Shown: positions 34,102 to 43,934 of the stretch, in pieces | How the letters are laid out: each line of letters opens with the position of its first letter | Position numbering within the stretch: the stretch's first letter is position 1 | Source of the DNA: a virus | Strand: one strand, 5' to 3' | Length of the DNA stretch: 64,000 nucleotides | IMG/VR virus record: IMGVR_UViG_3300050821_003907 | Coordinates: 1 to 64,000 of that record | The notes under the pieces: model-generated | What the model was told of the DNA's origin: nothing | What the model saw: the letters and a program-made list of their open reading frames with translations, nothing else | The model's database searches: none | Translations under genes and position numbers: made by a program

Positions 34102-34641
34102 ATGGCTGTTAACCCTAAGGAAGGTCAGGCCCTGGCTTCGACCACGGTGCCTGCCCGTGAGCAGATGGTTGGCCGTGCTGGTCGCGCTGGCGGCGAGGAC
34201 GTAACCAACGAGCCGGGTCAGTACCCGGCTGACCTATTCGGCGTGGCCCTGCCTCAGGGTACCGGTGCTCCCGGTACTGCTGGGTCTAGCCCGACCGATG
34301 TAGCAGCAGATGCCACCAACATGCCCGGTCAGCTTGACGAAGACTTCTCAGGTCTTGGTCCGAATGACACGGCTGAAACTGGCTCGCCTGGCACGCAGGG
34401 CGTAGTTAACGCTTCTGGTGGCGACACTGTTACCTACACTCCTCCCGGTTACCTTGATGGCGGACCTTTCCGTGAGGCAACTGCACAGGGTCACGTGGAT
34501 GGCATGGGCGACTGGTCCCAGGCCAATACTGACGGCTATGCGGGTGGACCCACCCTTCCCGGTCTTGAGGGCAACCGCCCGACGAGCACCGGTGCAGGCT
34601 CTGGCCGTACCCTGCGTGGCGGACGTGCGGTAAAGCCGTAA
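34102..34641 (+). CDS. Gly/Pro-rich low-complexity protein
   Basis: ORF, AAAGG RBS. Confidence 0.7.
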   Translation: MAVNPKEGQALASTTVPAREQMVGRAGRAGGEDVTNEPGQYPADLFGVALPQGTGAPGTAGSSPTDVAADATNMPGQLDEDFSGLGPNDTAETGSPGTQGVVNASGGDTVTYTPPGYLDGGPFREATAQGHVDGMGDWSQANTDGYAGGPTLPGLEGNRPTSTGAGSGRTLRGGRAVKP

Positions 34642-34651
34642 GGCTTAGCCG

Positions 34652-34861
34652 ATGAAGGATTTGTCAAGCGTGCCCTGGGCATCGATGCCGGTTTACGGTA
34701 GCCCGCGTGCCCAGAGCAGCTTGATGAAAGACGACATTCTCGGAGCAGGCACGCCGCCAGAAGACCCGAGCGAGGATGTTGTCCCTGACGGTACCGATGA
34801 TGATGCCGTTCCTGATGACACACCAGGAACTTCTGAACCGGAAAGTGACGAGCAGCCTTAA
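34652..34861 (+). CDS. Acidic hypothetical protein
   Basis: ORF. Confidence 0.55.
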   Translation: MKDLSSVPWASMPVYGSPRAQSSLMKDDILGAGTPPEDPSEDVVPDGTDDDAVPDDTPGTSEPESDEQP

Positions 34862-34876
34862 AGGAGGCGAACGCAA

Positions 34877-35158
34877 GTGGAAGACCTTAGCCACATGCCC
34901 CTGGCCAAGCACGCGCTTGTCGCTGGAAGCTCAATGGCAGCGGGTAACACCGTTAACACAACTGCGGAGAAGTACGCTATGACTTCACCCGGCAGTGCGC
35001 CTGTAGACCCTTTGCCTGCCAAGGAAGAGCTAGACGACCCGAATATCGAAGACAGTCCTATGGACAAGGACCCGCGCGCAACAGTGATGGAGCGTGCTGG
35101 ACGAGGCAGTGACTACTCCGCGCCTACACTGGAATGGAAGGAATGCGCCAATGGCTAG
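34877..35158 (+). CDS. Hypothetical protein
   Basis: AGGAGG RBS. Confidence 0.6.
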   Translation: MEDLSHMPLAKHALVAGSSMAAGNTVNTTAEKYAMTSPGSAPVDPLPAKEELDDPNIEDSPMDKDPRATVMERAGRGSDYSAPTLEWKECANG

Positions 35159-35396
35159 CAACTGGGGTCCTACCGAGCACCCGGTAGAGCATGACCACGT
35201 AGAAGACGGCCCGGATGTTTACATGGGCACGCCGGACGACGAGCTTAACAAGTACAAGTACGACGAGACTGACGGTCGTGAGACTGGCGGTGCAGGCGTA
35301 TGGAAGAAGGTTGACCACTGCTCAGGTGAGGCTGGCGCTAATGGGACTGCAACTAGCGGATTCCCTGACGGCCCCGGTCCTTGGAAGCAGACCTAG
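35151..35396 (+). CDS. Hypothetical protein
   Basis: AAGGA RBS. Confidence 0.55.
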   Translation: MASNWGPTEHPVEHDHVEDGPDVYMGTPDDELNKYKYDETDGRETGGAGVWKKVDHCSGEAGANGTATSGFPDGPGPWKQT

Positions 35397-35417
35397 GTCT
35401 AAAGAGCCTGATGCCCC

Positions 35418-35663
35418 GTGAGTATAGAAGCTACAGCGAGGGCACTAGCGCGCATAGAGGGCACGAGCTTTGCGCATCGTTGCCGTAATGGCAGTATGCG
35501 CAATGAAATAGTGACCTTCGCATCCAGTAACGTCGGGTGGGTTCTCCTGCCTCGCACCCAGTATTCAGTGCCGTCAATCGAATGCCCAGGCTGTCACAAC
35601 GTGGCGGTCTGGGTAGACGAAACTAGCGCATGGCGCGTACTGGCGGAGGGATTCCTCCAGTAA
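35418..35663 (+). CDS. Small Zn-ribbon protein
   Basis: HRC and CPGC motifs. Confidence 0.5.
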   Translation: MSIEATARALARIEGTSFAHRCRNGSMRNEIVTFASSNVGWVLLPRTQYSVPSIECPGCHNVAVWVDETSAWRVLAEGFLQ

Positions 35664-36118
35664 TGAGCCGCTTCCAGGACCACTTTCGGCCAACCATATT
35701 TGGCTTGGCTGACGGAATGATGTCCCTCCTGGGAGTAATACTTTACCTGCTAGGACATCAAGACCTCATATTCCTGACTGCTGTATCCGGAGCTATAACT
35801 TCAGCTCTGTCGATGGGCGGCAGTGAATTCTTGTCGGATAGTGATAATGGCCTTAGAGCCTCTGCAATCATGGGCGGTGCCACCGGCATCGGGGCAATAC
35901 TGCCCGCTCTCCCGTTCGCTTTCATGCACGGAACACCCGCGTTTGTGCTAATGATTGCCATTTCATTCGTAATTGCCGTAGGCGTAGGGTGCATACGAGC
36001 TAAGGCTAGGGGCAAGAAGATAACGGTATTTACTGTCGGCAGTACTGTATTGCTGTTTGCCATTATCATAGCTGTAGGAAGCTTGGTCACCGTGTTCCTT
36101 CCTGGAGGCGCTGGTTAA
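35663..36118 (+). CDS. VIT1/CCC1-family membrane transporter (minimal)
   Basis: FRPTIFGLADG, ALSMGGSEFLS, GAILPALPF; about 5 TM helices. Confidence 0.75.
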   Translation: MSRFQDHFRPTIFGLADGMMSLLGVILYLLGHQDLIFLTAVSGAITSALSMGGSEFLSDSDNGLRASAIMGGATGIGAILPALPFAFMHGTPAFVLMIAISFVIAVGVGCIRAKARGKKITVFTVGSTVLLFAIIIAVGSLVTVFLPGGAG

Positions 36119-36326
36119 AATGTCCCCTTGGCGTGCAGGCTACGGGTCCGCATCTAAAGTTCATATCCGGATACGCAAGGAAAGCGCCTACTGGGTGTGG
36201 AGAGTGGTGGTTAACGCAAACGACCACTGCGGGGACATCGGAGCATCGGGTGAACGCCTTACGTGGGCTGAGGCTTTTTCAGCAGCAAGGGAAGAGTGCA
36301 TGTGGTGGGTGCGGTAGACTGTCCGC

Positions 36327-37382
36327 ATGCGAATACTGGCCATTCATGACAGCTCAGGCTGTGCTTGGTATCGAATCATCCAGCCTCTGCTAGAATTTCG
36401 TAAGCACGGATATGACGTTACCTTCGTTACTGCTCACAACGAGTGCACGCCTTACGACGAGAAACAGGGTTTTGAGCTGACCCGGAACTTCTCAGGCTTT
36501 GACCTGGTAGTAGGGCAGCGAGTCAACAAGTACGACGGTCTTAGCGTGTGGCGCAGGGGACGCACCCCGTTCAGCCGCCTGGTTTACGAGAATGACGACG
36601 ACCTGTTCAACGTGACGCAGGAAAACTGGCAGGCGTTCCAGCACTACCAGCGCACAGACGTGCGTGAAGCTGTTATCGCGGCATGTGAGGTTTCAGACCT
36701 CGTCACAGTGTCTACCGACCGCCTTAAGGCGATTCACGATGAGTTCAACCCGAACACCATCGTGCTGCAAAATCTTATCCCGGCATATGTCCTCAATCAG
36801 GTGCGTACTGAACGCAAGCGTCCCAGGGTTGGCTGGGTAGGTGGTGCCTCGCACGGGCGCGACGTGCATCTTGCGACGCCTTCTGTGAGGCGATTCCTGA
36901 AGCGCTTTCCGGAGTGGGACCTTTACCTCGGTGGCGTGGACTTCCGGCCTAGCTTTAAGGTTGCACGGGACCGCGCGTTCCATGAGCCGTGGATTAAGGT
37001 AACCGACAAGCCCGGCGCGTATTACGAGAGCATCGACTTTGACATCGGCATCTGCCCGCTGATTGACACAGAATTCGCCAAGTCCAAGAGCTACATCAAG
37101 GCACTGGAGTACATGGCACGCGGCATTCCCGTGGTAGCCAGTGACTGCGCCCCCTATAACGAGATAGTGGTACATGGCGAGAATGGCTTCCTGGTAAGGC
37201 GTGACCATGAATGGCTGGAAACCCTTTCCACCTTGGCGGGCGATAGTGACTTGCGGCACAAGATGGGCGAGGCGGGCAAGGCTACTGCTGCTGAGCACAC
37301 TATCGATGAGCACTGGACTCGGTGGGAACAGGCATACAGTAAGCTGTATCCAGCCAACTGGACTTTCGGAAGAAATGTGTAA
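36327..37382 (+). CDS. Glycosyltransferase family 4 (GT-B)
   Basis: YENDDD, VGWVGGASH, DIGICPL, KSYIKALEYMARGIPVVASD. Confidence 0.9.
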   Translation: MRILAIHDSSGCAWYRIIQPLLEFRKHGYDVTFVTAHNECTPYDEKQGFELTRNFSGFDLVVGQRVNKYDGLSVWRRGRTPFSRLVYENDDDLFNVTQENWQAFQHYQRTDVREAVIAACEVSDLVTVSTDRLKAIHDEFNPNTIVLQNLIPAYVLNQVRTERKRPRVGWVGGASHGRDVHLATPSVRRFLKRFPEWDLYLGGVDFRPSFKVARDRAFHEPWIKVTDKPGAYYESIDFDIGICPLIDTEFAKSKSYIKALEYMARGIPVVASDCAPYNEIVVHGENGFLVRRDHEWLETLSTLAGDSDLRHKMGEAGKATAAEHTIDEHWTRWEQAYSKLYPANWTFGRNV

Positions 37383-37386
37383 ACCT

Positions 37387-38115
37387 GTGAGTGAGAGTAC
37401 GTCACCCCTGTTCTCGTGCTTCCTGCTGTCCCACAATAAGGGACCATATGCCGTTCAAGCTATTCAGAGCGTGCTCAACCAGACGTTTCAGGACTGGGAG
37501 TGCTGGATTATCGAGAACAGCACGGACACTACGACGCGTCCTCTGCTCAAGCAGCGCATGCCTGAAATCCTTACGGACCCTCGTTTTCACTATGAGGAGC
37601 TGACAGTTCCCCAGAACATCCGGGAAACCAAGTACGTGCCTTCATGGCTCCTGAACGTCTACCACCCTGAGGCTAACGGCAAGTGGATTTTCTACCTCAG
37701 TGATGATGACCTGTTCATGGAAGACTGCTTTGAGGTTTGTGCAGAGCACATCCGTGCCGAAAGCAATCAGCACTGGGAAGTGGCCTGGTTTGGCCTCAAG
37801 GGAATTCGTGCCGTTGACCACCGAGTGGTAAAAGGCATGCCTATCTTCATGATTCCTGCTAATGGCCCGCGAGGTAAAGGCTGTGGTAACTGGAATATCG
37901 ACGGTTACATTGATGGTGGTCAGGTCATTTACCGTAAGGGATGCCTTGAGCAGCTTGAGAAGCCGAGGTTCCCGGAGACTTACGCAGGAGACCTCGCACG
38001 CCATTCTGACGGGCTGTTCCTTAATAAGCTTGCTGAGCACTACACGTTCCAGCCCATTTACCGCACACTGGCCATTCATCGCTTCACGCCTGTGTCCACT
38101 TGGAGTAAAGCGTAA
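37387..38115 (+). CDS. Glycosyltransferase family 2
   Basis: AIQSVLNQTFQDWE, IENS, YLSDDD; GTG start. Confidence 0.85.
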   Translation: MSESTSPLFSCFLLSHNKGPYAVQAIQSVLNQTFQDWECWIIENSTDTTTRPLLKQRMPEILTDPRFHYEELTVPQNIRETKYVPSWLLNVYHPEANGKWIFYLSDDDLFMEDCFEVCAEHIRAESNQHWEVAWFGLKGIRAVDHRVVKGMPIFMIPANGPRGKGCGNWNIDGYIDGGQVIYRKGCLEQLEKPRFPETYAGDLARHSDGLFLNKLAEHYTFQPIYRTLAIHRFTPVSTWSKA

Positions 38116-38582
38116 TGGAAGTACAGCTAGAGAAGTTGCATTACGCGTTGCTTGAAGCTGTTCGCGTGTGGCGCAATAGTAACGCTGAGTTCTTCGGAGA
38201 TACGCAGCCTATCTCTCGTAACATGCAGCAAGAGTGGTTTGACGATTACATCGTTAATCCCTCGGACCACATGTACGCTGTTGTCGTAGATGACATCCTT
38301 CCTGTGGGAACTATAGGCATTCGTTCAGACACGCGTGAAATACAGCGTGTGATGCTAGGGGATAAAGACTACGCTCGTACAGGCGTGATGTCGCAAGCAC
38401 TTAGCTTGCTCATGAAAGCTTACGGGCCTGGTGACTTCTTCTTGTACGTTAAGCAGGACAATGATAAGGCCATTGATTTCTACCGGAAGAATGGCTTTAA
38501 CCGCACGGTATCCGTAAGGCCGCGCCCAGGGATGATTTCCATGCACCGTTACGTGCCCTACACAGAAATGATTGCATCATGA
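38115..38582 (+). CDS. GNAT N-acetyltransferase (PseH/WecD-like amino-sugar acetylase)
   Basis: VRVWRN, QQEWF, VGTIG, YARTGVM, N.KAIDFYRKNGF. Confidence 0.8.
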   Translation: MEVQLEKLHYALLEAVRVWRNSNAEFFGDTQPISRNMQQEWFDDYIVNPSDHMYAVVVDDILPVGTIGIRSDTREIQRVMLGDKDYARTGVMSQALSLLMKAYGPGDFFLYVKQDNDKAIDFYRKNGFNRTVSVRPRPGMISMHRYVPYTEMIAS

Positions 38583-39739
38583 TACCTTTGTTCCGGCCGT
38601 CAGTAACTGACCGGGAAATTGAAGCGGTAACTCGCGTTCTCAAGTCCGGATGGTGGGCCCTGGGTCCGGAGGTAGAAGCATTCGAGAATGACTTCGCGGA
38701 GTACTTGCGAGTTCAGGCGCACGCTGCTGGAACTAAGCATCAGTTTGCCGCCGCTCCTTACGCTGTCGGAGTTAACTCATGCACTTCCGCACTAGAACTG
38801 GCTGCCCGGTCTCTAGGTGTTGAGAAGGGAACGGTAGTAGTTCCTGCACTGACGTTCGTGTCCACCGGCCAGGCGATGCTGCATGCAGGCAACAACGTGG
38901 TTTTCGCTGACATTGACGAGACTACGATGTGCCTTGACTGGAACGACGCTCTTAACACGCTAGAACGCGCCACAGCACGGCGCAAGGACGCCCCCAAGGC
39001 GATTGTCCCCGTATGGTACGCAGGACGTGTATCGCTGCCTCCGGCCCTCCCAGGGGGCATTACGGTCATCGAGGACTGTGCGCATGCCGCAGGCTCTCGC
39101 CTGGCAGGCACTGTGGGTAATGCCGCTGCCTGGTCGTTCCAAGCTGTCAAGAACCTCGCAGTGGGAGATGGCGGCATGGTCACCACCACAGACCCGCTGG
39201 CTTACGCTAAGCTCAAGCCACTTCGTTGGTGCGGGATTGACCGCTCTACGTGGGAGCGAGACAACAAGAAGGGCTATAACTGGGATTACGACATCCCAGC
39301 TGACGGTGAGAAAGCCCATCTTAATGACATCGCAGCAGCACTGGGGCGCGTCCAGCTATCCCGGCTGAATGAGATGAATGACCAGCGCTTCCAGATTCTC
39401 AAGCAGTACAAGTCTGGCTTTGACGGCCTGAGCTGGCTTAAGATGCGAGAAGACTTCAGCCCGTATGAGTCCAATCACCTGATGACTGTTCGCATCAATG
39501 CCGCTAACCGTGACAGGTTCATTGACCACATGCTGGCGCATGGTATTTCTGCTGGCGTTCACTACAAGCCCATTACTTACTACAAGGGCGTTTTCCCGAA
39601 CGCACGTAACTTGCCTGTTACGGAAAAGGTATGGCGTGAGCTAGTCACCTTGCCGCTTTATCCTGACCTCGTGTGGGATGACGTAGATAAGGTTATCGGT
39701 GTAGTGCGAGCATTCAGCCCGGTACGCGAGGGGGTCTAA
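38579..39739 (+). CDS. DegT/DnrJ/EryC1/StrS PLP sugar aminotransferase
   Basis: GPEVEAFE, NSCTSAL, IEDCAHA, SFQAVKNL (PLP Lys), LPLYP. Confidence 0.93.
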   Translation: MIPLFRPSVTDREIEAVTRVLKSGWWALGPEVEAFENDFAEYLRVQAHAAGTKHQFAAAPYAVGVNSCTSALELAARSLGVEKGTVVVPALTFVSTGQAMLHAGNNVVFADIDETTMCLDWNDALNTLERATARRKDAPKAIVPVWYAGRVSLPPALPGGITVIEDCAHAAGSRLAGTVGNAAAWSFQAVKNLAVGDGGMVTTTDPLAYAKLKPLRWCGIDRSTWERDNKKGYNWDYDIPADGEKAHLNDIAAALGRVQLSRLNEMNDQRFQILKQYKSGFDGLSWLKMREDFSPYESNHLMTVRINAANRDRFIDHMLAHGISAGVHYKPITYYKGVFPNARNLPVTEKVWRELVTLPLYPDLVWDDVDKVIGVVRAFSPVREGV

Positions 39740-40335
39740 TGTATACCGATAAGGACACGCTAAATTACGCTCCTTTGTACAAGGAGCTGTTCACGAAACT
39801 GCCTGAGTCACCTCGTATTCTTGAGGTAGGCGTGTACTGCGGTGACTCCCTTCGCATGTGGAAAGAATGGTTTCCGGAATCGGTTATCTGCGGAGTCGAG
39901 AAATACACAGAATTCAAGCAGCTCTGGCCACATGACATTCCGGTGGTAGTTACTGACCAGTGCGACCAGGCTCTGGCTGCTAGGGTGCTCTTTTACTCTA
40001 ATGACGGCTACGACATGGTGATTGATGACGCTTCTCACTTCGGGATGCTATCGGCTGAGACTTTCCGCCTTTTGTGGCCTGTTGTACGTCCCGGTGGATG
40101 GTACGTACTGGAAGACTGGACTGTAGGCTTGCCTGTTAGCCCTCATTACCCTAACTTCGGTGGAATCAGCATGCTGCAACTAGCTCAGGAGTTCATTACT
40201 AATCTACGGCCTTCTACTTCAATTCACGACATGGGTAAGCACGTTGAAGAGGCAGGAGATGTAGACAGCGTTGTAGAATTGCGTTACATCTACGGAATGG
40301 CGTGTATTAAGAAGCAGGGAATCCATGAATCGTAA
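39739..40335 (+). CDS. Class I SAM methyltransferase (sugar O-methyltransferase-like)
   Basis: ILEVGV..GDSL..W, DMVIDDASH, RPGGWYVLED. Confidence 0.85.
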   Translation: MYTDKDTLNYAPLYKELFTKLPESPRILEVGVYCGDSLRMWKEWFPESVICGVEKYTEFKQLWPHDIPVVVTDQCDQALAARVLFYSNDGYDMVIDDASHFGMLSAETFRLLWPVVRPGGWYVLEDWTVGLPVSPHYPNFGGISMLQLAQEFITNLRPSTSIHDMGKHVEEAGDVDSVVELRYIYGMACIKKQGIHES

Positions 40336-40912
40336 TCATGAAGTATGGCACGATACTGTTATCAACGCTGAAGTAATAAGCCATCTTGAAGGTAATATCT
40401 ATGAGGCCATTCATCGTCAGCATTTGCGTAATTGGTGCCTGGAAGAGTTTGCCCCTTACAGTTCTGTGCTAGAAGTAGGTTGCGGTCCTGGCTTGGTGGC
40501 CGAAGAATTGATGCCTCATTTCCTGTACACAGGCGTGGATAATTCCAGGTTGATGCTAGATTATGCGCAAGAAAAGAATCCTGACTTCAATTTGGCTTTT
40601 GGTGACGCCTATGATTTGGTGTTTGCCGATAACTTTTTTGACCACGTAATATCTTTTGCGGTACTAGGTCATCTTCCCGCTGATAGCATAAATCAGCCCC
40701 TGGCGGAAATGTGCCGGGTAGCTCGCAATAGTGTGTTGTTCACAGCCTGGGACAGACCGCTGAATGACGGGCACCAAGACGTGGGAAATGCCATTCATAA
40801 CGCGTACTCCGAAGATTACCTCCGCGCACAGTGCCCTTCAGGCACGATACTTTCATTCGTAAAAGACTTCGGGGTCGATACTTTCGGCTACCGGATAGGA
40901 GTAAACTCTTAG
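40325..40912 (+). CDS. Class I SAM methyltransferase
   Basis: VLEVGCGPG, TGVDNS, GDAYDL, FDHV..FAVLGH. Confidence 0.85.
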   Translation: MNRNHEVWHDTVINAEVISHLEGNIYEAIHRQHLRNWCLEEFAPYSSVLEVGCGPGLVAEELMPHFLYTGVDNSRLMLDYAQEKNPDFNLAFGDAYDLVFADNFFDHVISFAVLGHLPADSINQPLAEMCRVARNSVLFTAWDRPLNDGHQDVGNAIHNAYSEDYLRAQCPSGTILSFVKDFGVDTFGYRIGVNS

Positions 40913-40914
40913 CC

Positions 40915-41973
40915 ATGAGGTACCTAGTTACGGGTGCAGGCGGTTTTGCTGGTCACCATCTCCTGGAGCATGTGCTAGCTAGCACAGATGCCTACGTGAT
41001 AGCTACGGACAGTTTCCGGCACAAGGGCAAGATGAGTCGCATCACGCAAGTCCTTGACGCACGCCCGGAGTTCACTTCGCGTACTGAAATCATCACGCAT
41101 GACTTGAATAAGCCATTCAGTCGCAAGCACGAACTGTGCATGAAGGACAGCGTTGACTACATCATCGCGTACGCCTCAGAGAGCCACGTAGACAGGTCTA
41201 TCGATGACCCTGTGCCGTTCGTCCAGAACAACGTCAACGTAGCTCTACAGACCATGGAGCTAGCTCGTGCGATTAATCCTAAGGCTGTCGTTTGGGTTAG
41301 CACTGATGAAGTATACGGTCCCGTAACACGGCGTAGCGTGAAGGGGGTAGCCGAATGGGCACCCGCCATTCCGTCTAACCCCTACTCGGCCAGTAAGGCA
41401 GCGCAAGAAGCAATTTGCATCTCTTACTGGCGTACATACGGCGTTCCGCTAATTATTCTTAACTGCATGAACATGATTGGCGAACGCCAGGACGCCGAAA
41501 AGTTCGTGCCCTTCGTTGTGAAGAGCCTGATGGCAGGCGAGGAAGTGCCTATTCACACTACGAACGAGCCTGTAGCAGACCCTACAGGGTCCAGGCATTA
41601 CCTGCACGCCCGTAACCTGGCTCATGCCATTACGTTCCTGCTAGCGCGTGACAAGATAGGCATGTACCCTCACTGGGCGCAAGGTAGCCTCGGCCATGTT
41701 CGCACAGGAAGGCCAGACCGCTATAACGTAGCGACAGAAACGCGGCTTTCTAATTTCAAGATGGCTTCACTGATAGCAGATTATGCTGGGTATGAACTTA
41801 AGTACAGGCTTGTGGATGCCCACACGATTAGGCCAGGACATGACGCGCACTACGGACTGGACGCTTCAAAGCTCCAGAAGCTCGGCTGGGAACCGCCTGT
41901 GCCTTTTGAGGAGAGCCTGAAGCGCACTATTTCATGGACCGTAAATAATCCTGAATGGCTATTGCCTGATTAG
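40915..41973 (+). CDS. rmlB: dTDP-glucose 4,6-dehydratase-like SDR
   Basis: TGAGGFAG, ASESHVDRSI, STDEVYG, PYSASKA. Confidence 0.88.
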   Translation: MRYLVTGAGGFAGHHLLEHVLASTDAYVIATDSFRHKGKMSRITQVLDARPEFTSRTEIITHDLNKPFSRKHELCMKDSVDYIIAYASESHVDRSIDDPVPFVQNNVNVALQTMELARAINPKAVVWVSTDEVYGPVTRRSVKGVAEWAPAIPSNPYSASKAAQEAICISYWRTYGVPLIILNCMNMIGERQDAEKFVPFVVKSLMAGEEVPIHTTNEPVADPTGSRHYLHARNLAHAITFLLARDKIGMYPHWAQGSLGHVRTGRPDRYNVATETRLSNFKMASLIADYAGYELKYRLVDAHTIRPGHDAHYGLDASKLQKLGWEPPVPFEESLKRTISWTVNNPEWLLPD

Positions 41974-41997
41974 GACTGTCCCGGTAGGCTCGCAAAC

Positions 41998-42153
41998 ATG
42001 TGTGAGAACCCAGATAACAAGAAGAACCCCTTGCGGGGAAAGCCTGAAGTGCGCGGTGGAGAGTCTGAAGAAGACTTCACCGGAGTTGAAGAGGCCCTAC
42101 AGGCTACGCTGCCTTACAGCGATTGCCCCGACGACGTGAATCCGGATGCCTAA
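41998..42153 (+). CDS. Small acidic hypothetical peptide (51 aa)
   Basis: TAGGCT-N7-ATG; stop overlaps next start. Confidence 0.45.
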   Translation: MCENPDNKKNPLRGKPEVRGGESEEDFTGVEEALQATLPYSDCPDDVNPDA

Positions 42154-42719
42154 TGCGACTCGTTAATGGTGACCTAGAACAGTCACGCCCGTGGCGCATC
42201 AGGCGTCTCATGCAGCAAGTAGAAGAGATGGAGCCTGAATGGCTGACTCACGGTAATCGTCACGATGACAAGTACCTGCCGTGGATGCCCTTCCAGCCGT
42301 CTAACTTCATCGCGATGGTAGCAGAATGCATCACCTATACCGAGGGTTTTACATTCCTTGACGTAGGTTGCGGCATTGGCACTAAGGTAGCCCTGGCTAG
42401 TGAAGTGTTTGGCCTGGAGGCGGACGGCATTGAAGTTGACGCAGAGATGGCAGTAGAAGCACGCAAGTGGAAAACAGGTGAAATACTTGTGCAAGACGCA
42501 CTAGAATTGCCTGGCTTGTACGAGAACTATGACATCATCTGGTTGTACCGGCCATTCCGCGACATTCCTTCAGAGCGTGCGCTTGAGGAAATGATTCACA
42601 AGAACATGAAGTCCGGTGCCATCCTGGCAGGCGGAGCTTGGGAGCTGCACCCGCCAGGAAACTGGCCTATCGTAATTGATGACTGGGAAATCCGTCGCGG
42701 AGCGTGGATTAAGCCGTAA
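42153..42719 (+). CDS. Class I SAM methyltransferase
   Basis: YLPWMP, FLDVGCGIG, GIEVD, VQDAL, YDIIWLYRPF. Confidence 0.8.
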   Translation: MRLVNGDLEQSRPWRIRRLMQQVEEMEPEWLTHGNRHDDKYLPWMPFQPSNFIAMVAECITYTEGFTFLDVGCGIGTKVALASEVFGLEADGIEVDAEMAVEARKWKTGEILVQDALELPGLYENYDIIWLYRPFRDIPSERALEEMIHKNMKSGAILAGGAWELHPPGNWPIVIDDWEIRRGAWIKP

Positions 42720-42740
42720 CTCCTGTGCTACACTTACGAT

Positions 42741-43433
42741 ATGAGCAGACACCCCGAAGCCGTACCTGAGTTTATAGGTGAAATACAAATTCTAGCTGTA
42801 GAGCTAGTGTCGGGGCGGCGGCGTGCTGCGCAGCGTATGCTCACTTTGTGTACAGGATGCACTGCTGAACGGTGGACCACTAAACGGCAACTACTTAAAA
42901 GCCTTACTTGTCGTGTTTGCGCTAACGAAAGTAGAGCTCTCCATACCGCACGTCTATCTCCGGGTCAGCAAGTAGGATTTTACACCGTACTTTCCATAAA
43001 ACGACGTGCATATGCTGGGTTTATGTATGAGGTACAAGATAACAGGTGTGGACACGTGAATGAGGTGAACGACGCTGTACGTCATGAGTTCAAGGGTAAG
43101 AAATCTCTATGTGAGTGTCCCCTTCGTTATACGGAGAAATCCGGTTACATTAGATGGCAGTGGCGCATGCCTGACGGACGGCGCGTAATCCTACTTGAAC
43201 ATCGTATGGTCATGGCAGGAATGCTTAAACGAGAACTATATGCGCATGAAAACCCTCATCACAAAAATGGCGTTAAGGATGATAACTGTCCTGAAAACCT
43301 AGAACTGTGGAGCACTTTTCAACCTGCTGGACAACGTATAGAAGATAAAACCGCCTGGGCAATAAAATGGCTTGAGCAATATCTGTCTCCGGAAGAGAAA
43401 AACAGTATTGCTCAAGCCTGGATTAAGTCTTAG
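42741..43433 (+). CDS. HNH endonuclease (probable homing endonuclease)
   Basis: LEHRMVM...HHKNGVKDDNCPENLE; CxxC pairs. Confidence 0.88.
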   Translation: MSRHPEAVPEFIGEIQILAVELVSGRRRAAQRMLTLCTGCTAERWTTKRQLLKSLTCRVCANESRALHTARLSPGQQVGFYTVLSIKRRAYAGFMYEVQDNRCGHVNEVNDAVRHEFKGKKSLCECPLRYTEKSGYIRWQWRMPDGRRVILLEHRMVMAGMLKRELYAHENPHHKNGVKDDNCPENLELWSTFQPAGQRIEDKTAWAIKWLEQYLSPEEKNSIAQAWIKS

Positions 43434-43887
43434 GTAAGGCGTGTGATATTAGCGGCCGAGATTGCTGGCCACGAGCTGCTAGTGGAATATAGCTTAGCTG
43501 TTAGCGGCGGTGATACTTCCGAATCGATGAGCACGACCTTGGTAGTACTCGTGCCGCCGCTATCAGTAGTGGTGAATACCACTGAACCCCACCAATAGCC
43601 ATCCGTGTGAAGGTAAGCATTTCCTACAGCGTGGAAGTTAAACGCGAGTCCGGAAGATGCCTGTGATATGTCGATAGAAGCACCTAGAACAGTCAGTGTC
43701 GCTGTAGTGGCTGTACCCCCACCTGCGTATGCGTAGTCACCAAAGATGCTAATGCTTACGTAGGGTACTGAAGACAGGTCTCCGGGTGTACTTGCCTGGG
43801 GTCGAATGAAATAAAGGTTACGGTTTCATCGGCTGTCGGGCTTGTAACGCCTATGCTCAGGCCGCCATACATTTGTCCTGTAGTCAT
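43430..43887 (-). pseudogene. Frameshifted paralog of 18540-18995
   Basis: 458 nt; one C missing in run at 43798-43801; both halves align with the paralog. Confidence 0.75.
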
Positions 43888-43934
43888 ACTTAAAGGCTAG
43901 CACAGCCCTTACTTAATTTAAGTACTCTAGGGGT

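Noticed and set aside
36693-37436. 247 aa minus-strand ORF and similar antisense ORFs over structural genes
   Set aside because: Shadows of well-supported plus-strand genes in GC-rich codon context
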